From: an uncultured Gemmatimonadales bacterium
Lineage (GTDB): Bacteria > Gemmatimonadota > Gemmatimonadetes > Gemmatimonadales > GWC2-71-9
DNA: 64,000 nt
Assembly: GCA_963798915.1 (NCBI GenBank)
Contig: CAWCVB010000007.1
Coordinates: 128,001-192,000 of the forward strand
Direction of reading: 5' to 3'
Shown: positions 61,429 to 64,000 of the stretch, piece by piece
Layout of the letters: every line of letters begins with the position of its first letter
How positions within the stretch are numbered: the stretch's first letter is position 1
Notes under the pieces: generated by a model
What the model was told of the DNA's origin: nothing
Seen by the model: only the letters and a program-made list of their open reading frames with translations
Database searches by the model: none
Translations under genes and position numbers: made by a program

Positions 61429-61555
61429 CGCGTTCCACAGGGTTTCCCGCGCGCGCGAGCCGCAACCCGGAGTAAAACCCATGAGGTGGCCGATGCGGAC
61501 AGAGTCAATTGCACTCCAACCAGGAGTTGCGTGCGCGGACAGTGCCCTCCGATAT

Positions 61556-62629
61556 ATGCGCGGGCATCGCGGGCTGGCACTGGTGCTGCTTTGTCTCGTG
61601 GCGGCGGCATGCACGGGCAGGACACGAGACCGCGCCTCGGGGCAGGCCGTCGCGTTGCAAGGGAAAGGCGACGCGACACGTGACGACCCCTGCTCGCTGC
61701 TCGACGTGAGCGACGTTGCTGCGGCCATTGGCCCACTGGCGGGACCGCCGTATCGCGGCGACCCAAACCCCGATCCCTCGAGCGACGTGTGCCGATACGA
61801 GACAAATGATTACCGCCGCATTCAGCTCTCTGTGGATTGGACGGGCGGCGCGATGGCGATGAAGATGGTGGCCCTCGGCCGGCGCCTCGGGGACAAGGCG
61901 CTCCAGGCGGAGACACAGACTGGTATCGTTCTCAAGGCGGGCGATACGCTGCGCGGCGACTGGGATCAAATTGCCTTGTCGCCAGCCTCCTGCTGCTCAC
62001 TCGACGCGCTCCGGGGCGACGCGGACGTGCAGCTCGACTGGACGGGGACGCGCCTGACCATCGCCGCCGCGGGCGCGCTGCTCAATTCGGCCATCAGGCG
62101 GCTGAACCATCGGCTGGCGATTGACGGCACGGCCGGCGAAGCAGCGGCGAAGCAGCGTTGGGCGGCAATGGCGCAAGACAGCGCGCTCGACGCATGCGGG
62201 CTCGTCTCCCAGCAGGACGCCGAGGCGATTATCGGAACCCCGCTCTCGGTGCCGCCGGACCATGGGTCGGCGCAAGAGGGCCCGCGCCGCACGTCCTGCT
62301 ATTATCGCACGCCGATGCCGAACGCGCCGAACGCGGCATTCGTGTACGAGATCGACCTGAAGGAGTGGAGCGATGCGCACGCGAAGTTCGCGGAGGACGA
62401 GTTCGTCATCAACGGCGCCGTGGGCGGGATCCGACGTCAGTGGTCGGGCGGCGACTCCACCACGCCCGCCGAGGCCCCCGAACCGCCGGGCCCCTGGGAC
62501 GAGATCGGGTCCTCCGTGAGTGGGGGTTACCAGGCGGTCAAGGGCCCGCTGCTGCTGGCGGTGTCCACCAACGGAGATCATACCAGAGCACGGGCGCTTC
62601 TGGCCAAGGCAGTCAGCGCATTGCAATGA
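61556..62629 (+). CDS. Lipoprotein with two tandem DUF3558-like domains
   Basis: Lipobox VAAAC; DPCSLLDVSDVAAAIG...CRY and DACGLVSQQDAEAIIG...CYY. Confidence 0.7.
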   Translation: MRGHRGLALVLLCLVAAACTGRTRDRASGQAVALQGKGDATRDDPCSLLDVSDVAAAIGPLAGPPYRGDPNPDPSSDVCRYETNDYRRIQLSVDWTGGAMAMKMVALGRRLGDKALQAETQTGIVLKAGDTLRGDWDQIALSPASCCSLDALRGDADVQLDWTGTRLTIAAAGALLNSAIRRLNHRLAIDGTAGEAAAKQRWAAMAQDSALDACGLVSQQDAEAIIGTPLSVPPDHGSAQEGPRRTSCYYRTPMPNAPNAAFVYEIDLKEWSDAHAKFAEDEFVINGAVGGIRRQWSGGDSTTPAEAPEPPGPWDEIGSSVSGGYQAVKGPLLLAVSTNGDHTRARALLAKAVSALQ

Positions 62630-62640
62630 AAAGTCTCTGA

Positions 62641-64000
62641 TTAGCCGCCTGTCCTACGTGCGCGGGCCTGCTTGAGCGCTGCGACGCGACGCTGGATTGC
62701 TTCGATGCGCGGGCGGAACTCGGGATCGGCCGAGCGCCACGCGGAAAGGACGCGCTGGTAATGAACGAGCGCGCTGTCCGGCTCGGCGGCGCGCTCGAAC
62801 GCCTCGCCAAGGACGGCGTGCAGATCGGTGTAGGTGAGATAATAGTTCGACGCCTCGATCGGACCGCGCAGCGGCGCGCGGAGCACCGGAATGGCGTCAC
62901 GCGGCCTTCCCTCGGCCAGGAGTGCCTTCCCCAACTCGAGATTCACCCGGCTGTATCCCTCGATCGGCGCAACGAATGCCCGGCGGAACTCTCGCTCCGC
63001 ATCGGCTGTCCGACCCCGGGCTGCGACGAGGAGCCCGCGCACGTAGTGCTGAAGCACCTGGTCGCGGAAATACGCGCTGTGCGGAGCCCATGAGGCGAGG
63101 CTGTCGGCGAGCGCTCCCAATCGTGCCGTGTCTCCGGCCGCGGCGAGCGCTGTGGCTGCCTGTGTGGTCATCCAGATTTGATGGCGCGCGACGAGCCCCG
63201 GCGCGTCGGCGGTAAACGTCGGCGACGATCGCCATCTGTAATTGCCGATTGAGTCGAACAATGCTGCAGCTTCATGAAAGCGGCCCATCTCGAACATCAC
63301 TTGCGCCACGGCAACGGCGTCGAGCGACCTGGGGGTGTTGAAGCTGGGTAGCTCGCCTTCGGTGGTTCGTACCATGCGCTCCGCGGTCGCGAGCGCATCG
63401 CGCAGGCGCCCCTGGTTCCGCAGACTGATCACGAGCCACCACAGCGCTTCGCCGCGCTTGGCCGGGTTCCCGTTCTGTGCCCGATCCGCCAGCATCCGAT
63501 CCGCGACGGCGAACTCCCCCGAGCGGACGGCGATCAGGACGCGGGGCATCACCGCATCGTATCCGCTGGGAGCGACGCGTTCGGCGCGTTGCTCCGCGGT
63601 GAGCGCGCTATCGTACCGTTCCTCCCGCCCGAGTATCGATGTCAATGCCCACCATGCCGCCACCGCGTTGGGTTGCATGCGCGTCCAATCGCGCGCCGTT
63701 CGTTCAGCGGCTGCCACGGAATCCGCGGACAGGTACGTCGCGAGGAGCATGTACAGGGCGTCGCACGCGCGGCACCAGGGACTGCGGCCGATGAGGCTCA
63801 GCGAATCCAGGCGAACCGCACGACGGAGATGTGGCAGCGCGCCGAGAAAATCGCCGCTCCAGGATCTTGCGCGACCGAGCGCCAGTTCGCTGCCCGGCTC
63901 GTCCGGGTACCGCGTGACGAGTGATTCCGCGATGGCGAGTTGCGCCGGATCATTCGTGGTGTAAGCCCACGTCTGCCGAATGATCACGCGTTCACGATCG
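62641..64000 (-). CDS. TPR-rich C-terminal part of a large protein, 5' end outside the window
   Basis: Frame is open to the edge; Ala/Leu-rich TPR-like helices, ending ALVHYQRVLSAWRSADP. Confidence 0.75.
   Translation of the reverse strand, partial: DRERVIIRQTWAYTTNDPAQLAIAESLVTRYPDEPGSELALGRARSWSGDFLGALPHLRRAVRLDSLSLIGRSPWCRACDALYMLLATYLSADSVAAAERTARDWTRMQPNAVAAWWALTSILGREERYDSALTAEQRAERVAPSGYDAVMPRVLIAVRSGEFAVADRMLADRAQNGNPAKRGEALWWLVISLRNQGRLRDALATAERMVRTTEGELPSFNTPRSLDAVAVAQVMFEMGRFHEAAALFDSIGNYRWRSSPTFTADAPGLVARHQIWMTTQAATALAAAGDTARLGALADSLASWAPHSAYFRDQVLQHYVRGLLVAARGRTADAEREFRRAFVAPIEGYSRVNLELGKALLAEGRPRDAIPVLRAPLRGPIEASNYYLTYTDLHAVLGEAFERAAEPDSALVHYQRVLSAWRSADPEFRPRIEAIQRRVAALKQARARRTGG

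Noticed and set aside
56215..62629. Classical Rhs toxin-immunity pair or T6SS effector
   Set aside because: No PAAR/VgrG, no recognisable nuclease or deaminase motif after DPRG, the cargo is ~730 aa and the downstream gene is a large lipoprotein. A small toxic peptide cannot be fully excluded.
37440..64000. Prophage, ICE or integron
   Set aside because: No integrase, phage structural, conjugation or transposase genes and no repeated attC-like sites were recognised.

Overview
High-GC bacterial chromosome segment. The gene content and intergenic micro-repeats suggest Gemmatimonadota (inference, not verified). The first ~37 kb is core, probably origin-proximal: Nif3-like gene, BMP lipoprotein, a coupled parA-parB-M23 peptidase-bactofilin operon, two canonical parS sites flanking a 48-bp tandem array where rsmG usually lies, mnmG, an ABC-2 exporter, a SUF operon (sufR-B-C-D-S-U plus bacilliredoxin and a small Sm-like ORF), def, MscS, patatin-barrel, ferredoxin, a thioesterase-hydrolase fusion, rnd, sufT, serine hydrolase, matrixin, MMPL, polA, a GWxTD protein, a Ser/Thr kinase and pyrE. 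From 37.5 to 64 kb the region is patchy and accessory: two toxin-antitoxin modules with visible operators, several decayed genes, a hybrid kinase, an M28 peptidase, and a cold-shock gene with a terminator in its leader. The most unusual locus is a 1737-aa teneurin-like YD/Rhs protein. Its post-DPxG cargo is not a small toxin but ~730 aa of Cys-rich segment, GDPH-type VWD domain and three PPC-like repeats, and it is followed by a two-domain lipoprotein. Four otherwise intact genes carry single frameshifts, probably assembly errors. No rRNA, tRNA, CRISPR array or transposase was recognised. All calls come from motif recognition by eye.
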